Of a stretch of 64,000 bases of DNA, positions 61,745 through 64,000 are shown piece after piece; positions within the stretch are counted from its first letter, which is position 1, and each line of letters begins with the position of its first letter. Position numbers and translations under genes: made by a program. Origin of the DNA: Hydrolagus colliei (Eukaryota). Location of the stretch: NCBI GenBank assembly GCA_035084275.1, contig CM068760.1, positions 5,084,001 to 5,148,000 on the forward strand. Direction: 5' to 3'. Under the pieces are notes generated by a model that ran no database searches, was not told where the DNA came from, and saw nothing but the letters and a program-made list of their open reading frames with translations.

Positions 61745-62128
61745 CTACAACAACAACAACAACAAGAAAAACAAAATGACCCGTGTATAACTCGCCTTTG
61801 ACGTCAGGAGGACGTCACAAGGCGCTGGACAGTCACTGTTTCAGACCCGAGCTGGGGGCGCGGGGAGGACGAAGGGAAAGGAAGGGATTTGTGGCGACCG
61901 ATGGGGCAATCGAAGAGGAGGGTCTTGAGGCGGAGGCCAGGGAGGGAGCCACACCACCACCACCTCCACAAGAACAACAAAATTACACTTGTACAACGCT
62001 TAGTTTTTTTTTAACCAAGAATAAAACACTCTCGTACCTGTGAGATAGAAAGCTTTGTACTGCTTGAAGCGAACAGTCTGCAGATCCCCTATCTGCCCAG
62101 CCGCGCCACTGTTAGGATGGAAGAGGGT
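61425..62128 (-). CDS. ARSG: Arylsulfatase G, last two coding exons, complement(join(61425..61744,62038..62128)); the gene probably continues beyond the window
   Basis: [118 protein letters not shown] matches the ARSG C-terminus. Junctions are GT-AG and the gene is adjacent to WIPI1 as in human. Confidence 0.93.
62038..62128 (-). CDS. ARSG: ARSG penultimate exon (91 nt)
   Basis: gtttcag|ACC CTC TTC CAT CCT AAC AGT ... TAT CTC ACA G|gtacga on the minus strand. Confidence 0.93.
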
Positions 62129-63778
62129 CTGAAACAACAAGGGAATGATAATAATCACTGCGTTTGATAGCGCCTTTTTAGACTGTCGACGCGTCTCAAA
62201 GCTCTTCACAAGATTTACTGTGAAGTGGATTGATTTTGTGGGTCAAATGTGGTTCCGAATTGTGCACATAGCAATGTCGCACAAACAGCTATGGAAGTGA
62301 GCGATCAATTTTATTTTGGGGGGAGGACAGGACACCAGAAGAAACTCCCTTCTCATTTTGAAGAGTGCCTTGGGATCTTTAATCCTGCCATTTGATACAG
62401 CGCCTTATTAAGTCATTGACACATCTCAAAGCGGTTATTATACAGATTGTACGGTACTGCATTGTAAAGTGGATTGACTGTATATTGACTGTATATTACC
62501 GTGGGGAAGGGGAGAGAAATCGAACCATTGAGAGAAATCGAACCACTGAAAGTTACCGAGAAAAAGTGCAAAAGAATCCGGGATGGGAATCATGAGTGAA
62601 GCGTTAAAAAACTAATCTTCTAAGTCGCATTTTCAGTCGTGTTGAATATTTTATTTCGATATCAAACTCAACGATTCTTGCTCAATGGGTTTAATAAACT
62701 CGTAGCTTTCATTGCTGTTAGAAATCAGTAGCAAATACTGTACAGCACTTTGGGACGTGCTCGTGAGGTGAAAGGCGCTCTACAAATACACTTTGTTGTT
62801 GCTGTCGATTCCGCAGACTTGAAACTCTACCTCTCCAAAGCAGCCCAATGCTAACCCCCTAAAGACTTGATTAAAAATATGTGTTCAAATAAACCCGGTT
62901 CCTCTTTTCCCCCTTTCTCCCCTGGCCCCAATTCCACGACTGTTTGTGGGACACTATTGTGCGCAGTCTGGCTGCCACGTTTCTCCCACAAATATACAGT
63001 CAATTTTCCTACTTTCCTTCCCCCAACCACAACCCCTCCCCCACTGCTCTGGTCCCTACCTCTTTTCCCCCCTTTCTTCCCTCTTGTCTTCTCCCTCCCC
63101 ACCCCCTGCTCTGGTCTCAACCTTGGGACGTTGTTGTATTCTGTGAAGCAATGGAAAGCGCTGGGAAGCGCTATATAAATGTAAGGATTATTATTATTAG
63201 TTTGAAAAGGCAGCATAGAATTTTAAGATTATTCAGTTATTTGTGGAGAGAAATTCCACCTAAGTGCAGATTGAATCAAACTAGCATTTCAGAGTATCTA
63301 CCATTTGGCAAACTCTTAAATGCAGCCTGTGTTCTAAAACAATTTTTTTTCCCTGTAACGTCTCTCAAAGAAACTACAGAAAATCAGCTTCAAAGTCGAG
63401 ACTGTATTCAGCAAATTGCGAAATTCTGGAGGCTCTTAAAAAGCTTACATTAGCAGAGTAAAATTCTCGATGCGAATGGAATTTCTCCCTGGGGATATTA
63501 AGATCACCTTACGGAAATACCTGTGGGGGAGGGTGGGGGGCGGGGGGGGGGAGATAAATTAATTCTCCACATTCCCAGTACTTTGGGAATGTTATTCTGA
63601 AAATGTTATTCTGAAAACTTTCTGTGGCTGCTTTCCCTATCACAGCACCATCTTCGCAAATGTTCCAAGTCTCTCAGTCTTGGAACATTATGTTTCTTTG
63701 CTTGGGTTTAACTCTGTCCCATCTTCTCTCCTCCCCTTCCACCCTGACACAGCAATTAGATCGAAAACAATAAGTAGG

Positions 63779-64000
63779 TAATAATAATGATTCTGTAATA
63801 ATCCTTGCATTTGATATAGCGCTTTTCACGTGATCTAAACGTCTCAAAGCGCTTCATAGGATATACTGTAAAGTGAATTGATTGTATATACGTGGGCAGC
63901 CAATTGCGCACAGCAGCGTCCCACAAACAGTCGTGGATTGAAATGACCAATTTATTATAGGCTTTTTGGGGTGGGGTGGGGGGAGGGATTATTATCAGGC
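63779..64000 (-). mobile_element. SINE, cut by the window edge
   Basis: Reverse complement of the tail and core. Confidence 0.85.

Noticed and set aside
61341-61790. 149-aa plus-strand ORF
   Set aside because: Antisense shadow of the GC-rich ARSG last exon.
62511-62550. 18-bp tandem duplication (also a 14-bp one near 63589)
   Set aside because: Ordinary slippage duplications in intronic DNA.
480-63950. Many recurring ORFs with motifs such as [30 protein letters not shown]
   Set aside because: They are translations of the dispersed SINE, not a protein family.

Overview
Eukaryotic genomic DNA from a vertebrate, most likely a cartilaginous fish (holocephalan-like), judged from the dominant Deu-type tRNA-derived SINE, CR1/L2 LINE debris and Penelope-type palindromes. 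Four intron-containing genes can be read directly. (1) PDE6G-like rod cGMP phosphodiesterase gamma subunit (+, 14665-15959, 118 aa, with an N-terminal extension). (2) A divergent ARPC1-family Arp2/3 p40 subunit (+, 24545-30140, 9 coding exons, one GC-AG intron). (3) WIPI1 (+, 37873-54598, 12 coding exons, with a probable alternative last exon at 57930). (4) The last two exons of ARSG (-, 61425-62128), convergent with WIPI1. Most entries in the supplied ORF track are translations of SINEs or microsatellites. The most striking unexplained feature is a non-repetitive ~60-nt element in the first coding intron of PDE6G (15023-15082). It is the near-perfect reverse complement of the 3' splice site of the next intron (15821-15882) and ends exactly at the AG. 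This is a candidate long-range RNA duplex that controls splicing around a 41-nt frame-shifting exon. All coordinates were read by eye; repeat boundaries are approximate.
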